Source: Methanotrichaceae archaeon
GTDB lineage: Archaea > Halobacteriota > Methanosarcinia > Methanotrichales > Methanotrichaceae
Direction: 5' to 3'
DNA length: 64,000 bases
NCBI GenBank assembly: GCA_963803855.1
Contig: CAWDNX010000003.1
Location: forward strand, 23,966-87,965
A program made the position numbers and the translations under genes. Positions 27,213-37,639 of this stretch are shown here, in pieces. A model generated the notes under the pieces. The model was not told the origin of the DNA. It searched no databases and saw only the letters and a program-made list of their open reading frames with translations. Positions within the stretch are counted from its first letter, which is position 1, and each line of letters opens with the position of its first letter.

Positions 27213-30065
27213 TCACTCGATATAAATCGCCGGTCTCCCCGGTTCCGCCTGGCGGCTTTTGCCCTTGGGGTCCTCTCCCGCCTCGTCTGCCGAGCAGATC
27301 TCCACCGGCACGCCCATGGCCAAAGCCAAGTACGCCTTCTCCCTGGAAAGCGTCTCGAACTCGTCCAGCCCCAGCGCCTCTGCCGAGAGCGAGTGAGCCG
27401 CCTTGGCCAGCTTCATGGCATATTTGGGCATGTCCTTCTTGTGCGGTGCGATCAGCGGGGATGACATGGCTTCTTTCATGAAAGGCCCCATGTCTGCTTT
27501 CTTGGACTCTAGAAAGTCCAGGAACATCCTTAGCATCTCCTTCTTCCAGGCTGGCGAAGTGTAGAGCGTGATCTTCGCAGGCGTGGCTTTGGTGACGCTC
27601 ACAATCTCCTGCACGTCCTTCAAGGTGCGCTCCAGCAGATCCTCCGCCTTCTCCGCCTGCGGATCGATGAGAGCCGCATCCGCCACCGGCCACTGGGCCA
27701 ACGATGCGTAGCCCTCTCCCAGGCCCGCCGCCCACAGCTCCTCGCAGACGTGGGGCGTGAAGGGCGACATCATGCGCACCCAGGCCGACAGGACCGCGCG
27801 AAGCTGGCTCTTGCCCCCGCGCCTCTGGTACCAGCGCAGATCATTGAAGAGCAGGTAGAAGGCGTTCTGCAGCGCCCTTCTGGTCTGGATGTTTTCCAGT
27901 GCCTCTGTGGCCTCGGCGATGCGCCTTTGCAGCCGGGAGAGCATCCAGCGATCGATGAGCGTTTTCTCCGCGCATTCGTCGATGCTGCTGTCGGCCAAAA
28001 TCTCCCGTGCTAAATTGTAGAACCTCTCCATATGGGCATAGGTGGCCTCTACTGCATCATTTCTCCAGTCCACGTCCGCCGTCCCTTCCGCATTGCCCAG
28101 GATGTAGAGCCGCGTCACATCCGCCCCGTTTTCAGCGACGGCCTGGCGCAAAGTGAGAATCGGCCCCTTGGACTTGGACATCTTCTTGCCCTCCAGGGAG
28201 ACGAAGCCGTTGACGGCAATGGCCTGGGGCCAGAGCCTCTCCGGGAAGATGGCCACATGATGGTAGAGGAAGAAGAGCAGGTGGTTGGCGACCAGGTCCT
28301 TACCAGAGGTACGCAGATCTACCGGATACCAGTAACCGAAGTCGTCGTGTATCTTCTGCACCGTCTCCTGCGGGATGCCCGTCCGGGCTGCAATGCTGGC
28401 GGCGTCGCCGTTATTCATGAAGACGTACTCGAAGAACTCAGCAGGGAGCTGATCTATCTTCATCCCGGCGTTCACATACTTGGCCAGAATGTAGTAGGCC
28501 ATGTAAATGGTGCTGTCACCCAGCGACTCGATGAGCCATTCCTTGTCCCAGGGAAGATGAGTGCCGAGTCCCTTCCTGCGGGCGCAGGCCTTGTCCTTGA
28601 GCCAGTCCACCTTGTTTATGAACTCCACCCGAAACTCCTCAGGTATGATCTTCATGCCTGCCAGGCAGCGCAGCACATTGGCCTTCCACTCCACATCGGA
28701 GTACTCCAGGAACCACTGGTCTCGCACCATCATGATGACGCAGCGCGTGCCGCAGCGGCAGATGACCGGCATCTCGGAAAACTCGTAGAAGATCTCGGCC
28801 ATGCCCTGCTCCATCAGATCGGCCAGGAGAACGTCCTTGATTTTGGAGACGGCGATTCCGGCGTACTTGCCCGTGTTGGCCTTGAGAACGCCGTTATGAA
28901 ACTCGCGCCGGTAGACCATTTTAGTGGCATCCTCTGCCTTGGGGTCGTTCTGGTCTAAGACCCTCAGCTCGTTCACGGCTTCAACCGCGGGCAGCTCTCC
29001 ATATCCGGGCGACTCAATCAGGGAGATGAATTTGATGGCCCGCAGGTCCTCGGTGATGCCGTAATTGCTCAGGTCTTTGCCGTACAGATCCTTGAGCGCC
29101 AGATAATCGTAAGGTGCATGAGCCGGAACGGACATGACGATTCCTGAGCCGTTGTCCGGTTCCACGAATCCTGCGGGCAGCACGAGAACCTCGGTGCCCG
29201 TCAGCGGATTAGTGACCCTCTTGCCGATCAATTCCTTTCCCGAGATCTCCCCGATCAAAGCTACGGTCCGGTCTGTGAAGGTCAGCTTTTCGTAGGCCTC
29301 TTTGGATACCACCCAGGTCTCCTCGTTCACTTTGGCCAGGACATAATTAACATCCGGGTTGAGCCAGAGGTTGACCACTCCGAAAACAGTCTCCGGACGC
29401 AGTGTGGCGCAGGGCAGGATTTTGTCGCCCATTCGGAACTTGATCAGGGAAAAGTCCATGATGGTGGCATCCTCGCCCTTGAGAATGTCGTGATCCTCCA
29501 CCGGGTTTCGATCATGCGGGCACCAGCGCACGGGATGGCTGCCCTTGACCACATAATCCAGGCGGCGCAAAATTCCGTACTGCCACTCGATGAACTTGCT
29601 GTAAGCCGGATCGGTGGTGGTAAACTCCCGCCTCCAGTCGATGGAGTAGCCGATGGACTGCATGGCCGCCTTCGCCTGGCGACGGAAGTAGAGCACAATC
29701 TTCTCCGGCGTGTTTAATGAGGAGAGCTCCTCTTCAGGAATGCCGTGCAGCTTGGTGTAAACGTCCCAGATCAGTGGATCGCGTTTGGCAATGAGCTCGG
29801 ACAGACCGACTATGGGCGTTCCCGTGGCATGAAAGGCCATGGGAAAGAGAACGTTCTTGCCCTGCATGCGCTTGAAGCGCGCCACGGCGTCGCCAATGGT
29901 GAAGGTGCGCGTATGCCCGGCATGCAAATTTCCATTGAGATAAGGATAAGGAATGGTTAAAAAGAACTTCGTTCTGGAGTCGGGCTCGGGCTGAAAGACC
30001 GCTTTGTCCTCCCAGGTCTTCTGCCACTTGGCCTCGATCTCCTTAGCAGAATAATTTTCCAGCAA
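27213..30065 (-). CDS. leuS: Leucine--tRNA ligase (archaeal type)
   Basis: PYPYLNGNLHAGH, KMSKS, editing domain, C-terminal PGRPAIYIE. Confidence 0.97.
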   Translation of the reverse strand: MLENYSAKEIEAKWQKTWEDKAVFQPEPDSRTKFFLTIPYPYLNGNLHAGHTRTFTIGDAVARFKRMQGKNVLFPMAFHATGTPIVGLSELIAKRDPLIWDVYTKLHGIPEEELSSLNTPEKIVLYFRRQAKAAMQSIGYSIDWRREFTTTDPAYSKFIEWQYGILRRLDYVVKGSHPVRWCPHDRNPVEDHDILKGEDATIMDFSLIKFRMGDKILPCATLRPETVFGVVNLWLNPDVNYVLAKVNEETWVVSKEAYEKLTFTDRTVALIGEISGKELIGKRVTNPLTGTEVLVLPAGFVEPDNGSGIVMSVPAHAPYDYLALKDLYGKDLSNYGITEDLRAIKFISLIESPGYGELPAVEAVNELRVLDQNDPKAEDATKMVYRREFHNGVLKANTGKYAGIAVSKIKDVLLADLMEQGMAEIFYEFSEMPVICRCGTRCVIMMVRDQWFLEYSDVEWKANVLRCLAGMKIIPEEFRVEFINKVDWLKDKACARRKGLGTHLPWDKEWLIESLGDSTIYMAYYILAKYVNAGMKIDQLPAEFFEYVFMNNGDAASIAARTGIPQETVQKIHDDFGYWYPVDLRTSGKDLVANHLLFFLYHHVAIFPERLWPQAIAVNGFVSLEGKKMSKSKGPILTLRQAVAENGADVTRLYILGNAEGTADVDWRNDAVEATYAHMERFYNLAREILADSSIDECAEKTLIDRWMLSRLQRRIAEATEALENIQTRRALQNAFYLLFNDLRWYQRRGGKSQLRAVLSAWVRMMSPFTPHVCEELWAAGLGEGYASLAQWPVADAALIDPQAEKAEDLLERTLKDVQEIVSVTKATPAKITLYTSPAWKKEMLRMFLDFLESKKADMGPFMKEAMSSPLIAPHKKDMPKYAMKLAKAAHSLSAEALGLDEFETLSREKAYLALAMGVPVEICSADEAGEDPKGKSRQAEPGRPAIYIE

Positions 30066-30109
30066 CTTGAATTCCCTCCGGAATATATGTATAATAATCC
30101 AGTGACCCC

Positions 30110-31261
30110 TCACTCGCCCATTCTCTCCAGCCGCACCACGGCCTCTTCTATCCGCGGCGTAGGTTGAGTGATGGAAAACCTGACGTAGCCCTCGCCATAC
30201 TGGCCGAAGCCCACTCCGGGCGTGGCCACGATGCCCGTCTTATCTAAGAGACGCCCGGCATATTCGATGGAGCTCCCTCCTACAAAGGCCCAGAGGTAGA
30301 GCGTGGCGCGCGGCTTTTCCAATTGCAGTCCCTGGTTCCTGAGGGCCTTGTAGAGAATATCAATTCGGTGCTGGTAGACCTTCCTGATATCGTCCACAAT
30401 CTCCTTCGGGCTATTTAAGGCCACAATTCCCGCATCCTGCACTGCCCCAAAAGTTCCCGAGTCGATGTTGCTCTTGATCTTGCCTATGCCGGCCACAACA
30501 TCGCTGTTCCCCACCACCGAGCCGATCCTCCAGCCGGTCATGTTGTATGTTTTGGAGAGCGAATGAAACTCCACCGCCACATCCCTCGCGCCCTCTAATT
30601 CCAGAAGGGACAGCGACCTTTCTCCATCGTAGTAGGTCTCAGAGTAGGGATTATCGTGCATGACGATGATATGGTAGTCGTTAGCGAAATCGATTACCTT
30701 CTTGAAGAAGCTCCTGTCCGCCGAAGCGCCGATGGGATTGTTGGGGTAGTTGAGAAACATGATCTTAGCCCGCCGGGCGTCAGCGGGAGCGATGGCCTCC
30801 AGGTCGGGCAGAAATTTGTTCTCCCGAAGAAGCGGCATGAGCACTGGTTCGCCTCCGGCAAAGACGGTGGCCGTATGGTAAACCGGATAGGCGGGATCGG
30901 GCACCAAGGCCGCGTCTCCAGGATTGATGAAGGCCAGGGGCGCATGAGCAATGCCCTCCTTGGAGCCGATCAAAGTGAGAACCTCCTTTGTCGGGTCCAG
31001 GTCGACGTTAAATGTCCGCTTGTACCAGTCCGCCACAGCTCTTCGGAAGGCTAGCTTGCCCTCGTAGGAGGGATACTGGTGATTGGATGGGTCACTGGCC
31101 GCCTTATTCAGGGCTTTGACGATGTGCTCAGGCGTCGGCAAATCGGGGTCGCCCACGCTCAGGTCGATTACATCCACGCCTCTTGCTCGTGCTTCTTGTT
31201 TTGCTTTGTCGATGGCGGCAAAGAGATATGGCGGGAGATTTTTTATCCGATCGGCATACAT
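30110..31261 (-). CDS. dapL: LL-diaminopimelate aminotransferase (class I/II PLP)
   Basis: LPPYLFA, GDPD, NYPNNP, SLSKTYNMTGWRIG. Confidence 0.85.
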   Translation of the reverse strand: MYADRIKNLPPYLFAAIDKAKQEARARGVDVIDLSVGDPDLPTPEHIVKALNKAASDPSNHQYPSYEGKLAFRRAVADWYKRTFNVDLDPTKEVLTLIGSKEGIAHAPLAFINPGDAALVPDPAYPVYHTATVFAGGEPVLMPLLRENKFLPDLEAIAPADARRAKIMFLNYPNNPIGASADRSFFKKVIDFANDYHIIVMHDNPYSETYYDGERSLSLLELEGARDVAVEFHSLSKTYNMTGWRIGSVVGNSDVVAGIGKIKSNIDSGTFGAVQDAGIVALNSPKEIVDDIRKVYQHRIDILYKALRNQGLQLEKPRATLYLWAFVGGSSIEYAGRLLDKTGIVATPGVGFGQYGEGYVRFSITQPTPRIEEAVVRLERMGE

Positions 31262-31333
31262 TAGTTTCTCTCCATGGATGATGCATTTATATGATTGTGA
31301 CTACTTTCACGTAGTATTTAAGATTAGAGGAGC

Positions 31334-33511
31334 ATGGAGACACAGATGCTGGAGATAAAGGACCTTGCCTCATGGCTTTCCCCGGAGGCCGTCAAGCTTT
31401 ATGAGGAGCGTGGCTATAAAGAGCTCTATCCGCCTCAGGCCGAAGCTCTGGAAAGGGGCCTTCTCGATGGCAAGAGCATGCTACTGGCCATGTCCACCGC
31501 CTCCGGCAAGACCCTGCTGGCAGAACTTGCCATGCTCAAAGCCGCCCTGCAAGGCCGCCGCTCCCTTTACATAGTCCCTCTGCGCGCCCTGGCCACGGAG
31601 AAGTATGATTCTTTTAAAAAGTTCAGGACTCTGGGTGTCTCTGTCGGCATCAGCACTGGCGACTTTGACAAGAGAGACGAGCGCCTGGGTAAAAATCTGA
31701 TTATAATCGCCACCTCCGAGAAGGCCGACTCTCTCATGAGAAACGGGGCCTCCTGGGTGCGAGACCTGTCCGTCCTGGTAGTGGATGAGATACACCTGCT
31801 TAATGACGTGGGTCGCGGCCCCACCCTGGAGATGACCATCACTAAGCTAATCCACTGCAATCCCAATTTGCAGGTCATTGGCCTATCCGCCACCGTGGCC
31901 AACGGCCGGGAGATAGCTGCCTGGCTGAAGGCGGATTTGGTAAGCAGCGACTGGCGTCCCATTCGCTTGCGAGAGGGCGTTATCTGCAATGGATCGCAGG
32001 TCTTCTCTGATGGCATAGTCCCCCTGTTGGCTATGAAGGATGAGGCCCTGGCTCTGGTTAAGGATACCCTCTCCCAGTCGGCCCAGATCCTCATCTTCGA
32101 GAATTCCAGGAAGAATGCCGAAGCTGCCGCTTCGCGGCTCTGCAGCCTGATCTCTGCCGATGCGGCCACTGAGAGTCTTTCTTTGAGCATTCTTGCCACA
32201 GGCGAGAGCGAGACAGCAGTGCGCCTCGCCTCCTGTGTCTCTCGCGGCGTTGCCTTCCACCACGCCGGCCTCCTGTCCGAGCAACGGCGACTGGTGGAGC
32301 AGGGCTTTCGTGAAAACAAGATTAAGGTCATAGCCAGTACTCCCACCCTGGCCGCGGGCCTGAACCTGCCTGCCAGAAGAGTGCTCATCAAGAGCTACAA
32401 GAGATATGAGTACGGCAGGGGAATGACGCCCATTTCCGTCATCGAGTACCGCCAGATGGCCGGGCGTGCCGGTCGTCCCGGGCTTGATCCTTATGGCGAA
32501 TCCTTTCTGATGGCCAAGAGTGTTTCCGAGATGCAGGAGCTCTTGGAGCACTACATCCACGGCACCCCGGAAGAGATCTGGTCGAAGCTGGCCAGCGAGA
32601 GCGCTCTTAGGACCCATCTGCTCTCCACATTTGCCGCCGGTTTCGCCAAAAATGAACCGGAGCTAAAAGCCTTCATCGCCACCACATTTTATGCCCATCA
32701 GCAGGATCCCTGGCATCTGGATGTCACACTGGAAAAGGTACTCGACTTTTTGTTGGATAACGGCATGATCCAGGGCAGAGATGAGGGCGATCTCCTGCCC
32801 ACCAGGCTCGGCTCTCTGGTCTCCAAGCTCTACATCGATCCTATGAGCGCCGTTATCATGATGGAAAATCTGGGGAAACATAGAGCAATCGATAATTTGG
32901 ACAAATTCACCAGTGCCTTAGAACAGTACCTGGCGGAACGGAAAAGGCCTTGTGACCTTGGCCTCATTCACCTCATTACCATGACTCCTGATATGAATCT
33001 GCTCTATATCCAGGCCGCAGACGTATGGGTGGAGGAGTTCATCGATCAGCACCAGTTGGAGCTATATGATGAGGACAACTACGACTATCTGCTCCGCGAG
33101 GCCAAGACGTCATCCATGCTCATGGACTGGATCGGCGAGGTGCATGAGGAGCAGATTGCTAGCAGATATCACATAGGACCGGGAGACATTCACCGCTCGG
33201 CTGAGACGGCGGAGTGGCTCATGCATTCTTTAGCCGAGCTTTCCAAGCATCTTGAATTGGGCATAACCTTCAAAGCAGAGCAACTGGCAGAGCGCATTCA
33301 CTATGGTGCCGGCAGGGATCTTCTGGCTTTGCTAAACCTGAAAGGAATAGGCCGCGTCCGGGCCAGGAAGCTCTATTTGTCGGGCATAACCAGCATAGAA
33401 AAGCTGTTGGCCGCGAGCCCTACCGAGGTGGTCCGCCTCCTCGGCCCCAAGATTGCCGAGAAAGTCATCTCTCAGCTCAAAAAAGAAGGAAATGAGGAGA
33501 TACAGCCTTGA
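31334..33511 (+). CDS. hel308: Hel308/Ski2-like DNA helicase
   Basis: TASGKT, DEIH, LSAT, FHHAGL, QMAGRAGRPG, C-terminal HhH. Confidence 0.93.
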   Translation: METQMLEIKDLASWLSPEAVKLYEERGYKELYPPQAEALERGLLDGKSMLLAMSTASGKTLLAELAMLKAALQGRRSLYIVPLRALATEKYDSFKKFRTLGVSVGISTGDFDKRDERLGKNLIIIATSEKADSLMRNGASWVRDLSVLVVDEIHLLNDVGRGPTLEMTITKLIHCNPNLQVIGLSATVANGREIAAWLKADLVSSDWRPIRLREGVICNGSQVFSDGIVPLLAMKDEALALVKDTLSQSAQILIFENSRKNAEAAASRLCSLISADAATESLSLSILATGESETAVRLASCVSRGVAFHHAGLLSEQRRLVEQGFRENKIKVIASTPTLAAGLNLPARRVLIKSYKRYEYGRGMTPISVIEYRQMAGRAGRPGLDPYGESFLMAKSVSEMQELLEHYIHGTPEEIWSKLASESALRTHLLSTFAAGFAKNEPELKAFIATTFYAHQQDPWHLDVTLEKVLDFLLDNGMIQGRDEGDLLPTRLGSLVSKLYIDPMSAVIMMENLGKHRAIDNLDKFTSALEQYLAERKRPCDLGLIHLITMTPDMNLLYIQAADVWVEEFIDQHQLELYDEDNYDYLLREAKTSSMLMDWIGEVHEEQIASRYHIGPGDIHRSAETAEWLMHSLAELSKHLELGITFKAEQLAERIHYGAGRDLLALLNLKGIGRVRARKLYLSGITSIEKLLAASPTEVVRLLGPKIAEKVISQLKKEGNEEIQP

Positions 33512-34785
33512 AGTGGCTCAAAAATATTTTTGGGAATAAGCTGGCCAAAGAAGAATCGGCCATCCTGCAGCTTGCAAAAATTAATTCCTGGCTGGAAGAG
33601 AGAGAGAAGGAATCCGATTTTACCATGCGTTGCAAAGAGATCTATGGCCGTATGGATGATGTGGCGAAGGTCCTTTCTAAAGACATATCCGCCCTGGAAT
33701 CGGCCAGTGCGAATGAGGACACGCCGCCCAAGCTTCTGCGGGCGGGCCTGGCAGCAAGAAGCGAGGTCGTAAAGCAGCTTGAAACGCTTTCTGAGAAGCT
33801 GATGCCGCCCAAAAAAAAGGATCCGGATTCTGCTTTTCAGCATCATTGGGCGCTTGTCAAAGGACTGGAGAGGACGGTGACCACCTTCGGCAGAGCGCAG
33901 AGTTATGTAGCAGCTCTCTTTCCCAGGAACATCGAATGCATCAAATCAGACCTGACACAAATCAGCCGGTTGCTGGTTGATTTGGAGACGGAAATTTGCA
34001 AAAAGAGAACGCTGGCAGAGGAGAGTTGGTACTCCCGAGAGCTGGCTGAAAGGCTGCAAAAAGAGCTATCGGGCATCGATGATCTGAAAAAGAAAACCCT
34101 GCATAATGAAGCGACGCATTCGGAGATAACCCTCCGGTTATCCGGCCTGGAAGAGGTGACAAAGAAACTGGAGGCAAGTGATGTTGGGAAAAAGACGGAA
34201 GAGCTGAAGAGAATCTTGGAGAAGAAGAAAGAGGAAAAATCTCAGCTAGAGGATGAATTGAATGATCTTATTGCACCTCTAACCAAAGCACTGGCCAGAA
34301 TGATGAAGCAAGGATCAAGTGATAGAATCAATCTGCAACATAAAAACGTCTTTGAGCAACTCTGTGTGTCACCCTCCATCGTGCAAGATAAGGACATTAC
34401 CGGATCTCTAAAGGAACTGCAAAGCCATCTGGCAACTTTAGGTCTGAAGGACAAAAAGAAGGAAAAGATTCTCGATCATATCGACCTGCTCATAAAGAGA
34501 AGGTCGCTGGAAAATGCCAGGGCCAGGCTGCAAGGAATCGTTGAGGAGATCTTGGAGAATGAGTCTCAGATTAAAGACCAGAGCCGCGAGGGTCATCGTC
34601 TGAAAGAGGAGATGAGCCAGGCCAGAAAAAGCAAAAAGAGCCTGGAGTTGGCCTTAGATCAAGCCAAAAAAGATCTGGCTTCATTAGAGAAAAAGGCCGC
34701 CTCAGATGAGTTAGAGCTGGAAGAGAGGCTGACCAGGATTAGAGGTGGGCCGATAAAACTTGATATTTCCCCTGGACGGAAATGA
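33508..34785 (+). CDS. Coiled-coil hypothetical protein
   Basis: Long K/E/L-rich ORF overlapping both neighbours by 4 bp. Confidence 0.75.
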   Translation: MKWLKNIFGNKLAKEESAILQLAKINSWLEEREKESDFTMRCKEIYGRMDDVAKVLSKDISALESASANEDTPPKLLRAGLAARSEVVKQLETLSEKLMPPKKKDPDSAFQHHWALVKGLERTVTTFGRAQSYVAALFPRNIECIKSDLTQISRLLVDLETEICKKRTLAEESWYSRELAERLQKELSGIDDLKKKTLHNEATHSEITLRLSGLEEVTKKLEASDVGKKTEELKRILEKKKEEKSQLEDELNDLIAPLTKALARMMKQGSSDRINLQHKNVFEQLCVSPSIVQDKDITGSLKELQSHLATLGLKDKKKEKILDHIDLLIKRRSLENARARLQGIVEEILENESQIKDQSREGHRLKEEMSQARKSKKSLELALDQAKKDLASLEKKAASDELELEERLTRIRGGPIKLDISPGRK

Positions 34786-35636
34786 AGGTCAATTTCGGGG
34801 GGATTGTTCCTCTTTCCACAGTCGATTGGCTGGGGCGCGCCGCAATGGTCGTATTCTTGCGAGGCTGCCCCTTGCGCTGCCCCCATTGCCACAACCAGAT
34901 GCTACAGACTGGAGAACGCGTTGTCGCTCTTCATACGATTGCGTCTCGCATTGTATCTGAGGTCAAGGGCTTTCCAGCGGCCCGCTGGGCCTGGATTAGG
35001 ATCGACGCCCATCCTATGCAGATCAACCTTGAAGATGCATCACAACGGGCCAGCAGCAAGCCGTTCGTTAATGCCCTTGTCTTATCCGGAGGCGAGCCGC
35101 TCCTCCAGCCGCAAGCCTGCGCCGGGCTCTTTCGCCTGGCCAGGAGCCTGCATCTGGCCACGGGCCTGGAGACCTCGGGCTGCTTTCCGGTTCATCTGGA
35201 AACATTGCTGGCAAAAGGACTGGTGGATAAGGTATTCCTCGATCTCAAGACTGCTCTTCTGGAGCCGGATTACGAAAAGGCCACAGGCAGAGCCGGCATG
35301 GCGATGCAGGTGGCAGAGAGCCTTGAGATATGCTTTAAAATGGGGGTGGAACTGGATGTGCGCAGCACGATCTTTCCAAATATGCCGTCCTCTTCCCAGT
35401 TGGTGAAGATTGCCGACACGCTCTGCTACTTGTTGGCGCGATATCCGGAAAATCGCCTGGAAAGCATGATCTTGCAACAGGGATTGCCGCGAGAGGAGGA
35501 GGCCAGGTTTGAGCCGGTCTCGATAGAGGCTTTAGAAGAGATGGCCAAAGCTTGCGAGATTGCCTGCGGGGCAGAGCTTAAGGTCCGGATTCGAGCCGCT
35601 CCCAAGATAACCTGGAAAATAATAAATGGTGAATAA
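34782..35636 (+). CDS. Radical SAM anaerobic RNR-activating-like protein
   Basis: STVDW.G....VFLRGCPLRCPHCHN, SGGEP. Confidence 0.85.
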   Translation: MKVNFGGIVPLSTVDWLGRAAMVVFLRGCPLRCPHCHNQMLQTGERVVALHTIASRIVSEVKGFPAARWAWIRIDAHPMQINLEDASQRASSKPFVNALVLSGGEPLLQPQACAGLFRLARSLHLATGLETSGCFPVHLETLLAKGLVDKVFLDLKTALLEPDYEKATGRAGMAMQVAESLEICFKMGVELDVRSTIFPNMPSSSQLVKIADTLCYLLARYPENRLESMILQQGLPREEEARFEPVSIEALEEMAKACEIACGAELKVRIRAAPKITWKIINGE

Positions 35637-36306
35637 GATGAAGATCATCGGTTTTGTGGGCCTGCCTGGTTCAGGCAAGGGGGAAGCTTCTCAGATTGCC
35701 AGGCAGCATGGTTTGGCGGTAGTGGTCATGGGAGACGTCATCCGCCAGGAAGCGGTCAGGCAGGGCCTGGAGCCTACCGACCAAAATTTGGGCCGCATCG
35801 GCAATGCCTTGCGAGCCTCTCATGGCCCGGATGCTGTGGCCAAAATTACTTTTGAGAGGGCAATAGCTACGGGAAAGGATTTAGTAGTGGTAGATGGTCT
35901 GCGCTCCCGAGAGGAGGCGGACTTCTTTCGCTTAAATGCCGATGAGTTTCACCTGGTAGAGGTCTGTGCACCGGTGGAAGCGCGGCTGAAATGGCTGACG
36001 GCGCGGGGCCGACCCGACGATCCGGGTAAGAGCCCGGCAAACGATGGCAAGGAGACAGACGAGGATGTGAAGATCATCTCCTCTTGTGGGGAGCCGGACA
36101 GCCTGGCGGCCGACGCTCTCGAGCAGAGGGAATGCCGGGAGATGGGATGGGGCATGAGCGAGGCCATGAAGATCGCCGACCTGAAGCTTACAAATGACGG
36201 CAACCTGGATGATTTTCGTGAAGATGTAAAGAGACTGCTGGGCCTTTTAGTGGCAGATACTTCTCATAATTCGCTCCTCCGCGAAAAATCCGGAGCTGAA
36301 AGATAA
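35626..36306 (+). CDS. Archaeal nucleotide/dephospho-CoA kinase-like P-loop protein
   Basis: GLPGSGKG, MGDVIR, VVDGLRS. Confidence 0.8.
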   Translation: MVNKMKIIGFVGLPGSGKGEASQIARQHGLAVVVMGDVIRQEAVRQGLEPTDQNLGRIGNALRASHGPDAVAKITFERAIATGKDLVVVDGLRSREEADFFRLNADEFHLVEVCAPVEARLKWLTARGRPDDPGKSPANDGKETDEDVKIISSCGEPDSLAADALEQRECREMGWGMSEAMKIADLKLTNDGNLDDFREDVKRLLGLLVADTSHNSLLREKSGAER

Positions 36307-36345
36307 AAATGACAAACCTCGCTAAATTCGGTGAGTAATTACCAT

Positions 36346-37005
36346 TCAGCGATCTTTCCCATTCGCTTCGTTTTCCATCTCCATCCTGGCATCTTTCAGT
36401 TTTCTGATGCTGATGTAGTACTGAGCCAGCAGGACTAAACCCGTCAGAGCCAGGATGGCCAAAATAATCATCAATGCCTGGGGGGCACTTCTCCGGTAAT
36501 AGTTGACCTCGATGTACGAAATTTGCGTGGTATTATTCCAGGTGAGAATGCTGCCGGAATTATCCTCCACGAATTCGTCCGGCGCCGGCCTGGCTATGCC
36601 CAGGCTCCGTTCTCCCGTTGTGAAGCCCTCCGGCAGAATTATGCGTAGCGGGACATGATCTCTAATGGGAAGAATGAACTGCTGGCCCGGCAGATGCATG
36701 GTGTAGATCAGCCTTCCTTTGATTGGCCTTGCAAAGGTCAGGCTGTAGATATGGTCTCCCCGCATGAATCGATAGCTGCTGTTGAAGGTGACGTTCTTGC
36801 CCGATTCGTCAAAAAGCGTCATATTCTCCGTCTTCTCAAACAGAGTGAGATTTATTTGGCTGGAATTGATGGGCACAGTGATCAATGCCTCTTTCTCCCC
36901 CAGATGATAGGTAGTGCCGTTAAACTGTGCGCCGGAAGATATCATGCATATGGCCGTCAGGGCGAGCAGGGCCCAGGTGCCCAATTTAAGAAGATAATCG
37001 TACAT
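36346..37005 (-). CDS. Membrane-anchored hypothetical protein (DUF5803-like)
   Basis: Signal peptide, LPEGF..G...LG...P, C-terminal TM. Confidence 0.65.
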   Translation of the reverse strand: MYDYLLKLGTWALLALTAICMISSGAQFNGTTYHLGEKEALITVPINSSQINLTLFEKTENMTLFDESGKNVTFNSSYRFMRGDHIYSLTFARPIKGRLIYTMHLPGQQFILPIRDHVPLRIILPEGFTTGERSLGIARPAPDEFVEDNSGSILTWNNTTQISYIEVNYYRRSAPQALMIILAILALTGLVLLAQYYISIRKLKDARMEMENEANGKDR

Positions 37006-37138
37006 CGTTTGCGGCTGCTATGCACTACAGCTATTTGAATTTTCACCAGGGCCAGGGATACCGCTGTTCCCGCCAGGCACATCTACACATCACCCCTGGC
37101 CGCCACTAAAACGTTTTTTGGGCACAAAAGTTAATTAA

Positions 37139-37618
37139 TTGCACACCATAAGGAGGGAAGAGGTTTTTGATTTGAAGAGATTTGATGCCATACTGGAAAA
37201 AGATATATCCGGTTATGATGGCGAATTTTCCCAGCTAATTCACCAGGCTCCGGCCCTCTACAAAATGATGACCAGGCTCCTGGATGACCGGGCTCTTCCC
37301 AGGTCGATGTCGCCGCTGGTTATTGCTGCTATTGCATATTTTATCCTTCCTGAGGACATCATCCCTGAGGAGAAATACGGCCCAATCGGCTATGTGGATG
37401 ATATCTACCTTTGCGCGTTTGTTGCCAATGAGGTTGCCAAGGAATCAGCCTCGACTGACATCCTGGCCAGAAATTGGGAGGGAAAGTTGCCGGTCGCCAC
37501 ACTGGTAAAAGAGATACTCGATCGCGAGAAAGAGCTGATAGGAGACAAGAAAGATCGTATAATGCAGTACATAGGCTACGATCAACTGGGATTGTCCCAA
37601 ACCGATAGCATCGATTAG
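37139..37618 (+). CDS. YkvA/DUF1232 family protein
   Basis: AAIAYFILPEDIIPE...GYVDD. Confidence 0.85.
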   Translation: MHTIRREEVFDLKRFDAILEKDISGYDGEFSQLIHQAPALYKMMTRLLDDRALPRSMSPLVIAAIAYFILPEDIIPEEKYGPIGYVDDIYLCAFVANEVAKESASTDILARNWEGKLPVATLVKEILDREKELIGDKKDRIMQYIGYDQLGLSQTDSID

Positions 37619-37639
37619 TCTTGGCCGGTACTTTCCGGG

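Noticed and set aside
27056-32617. Long antisense ORFs over leuS, dapL and hel308
   Set aside because: Shadow ORFs from GC-rich codon bias; no recognisable motifs
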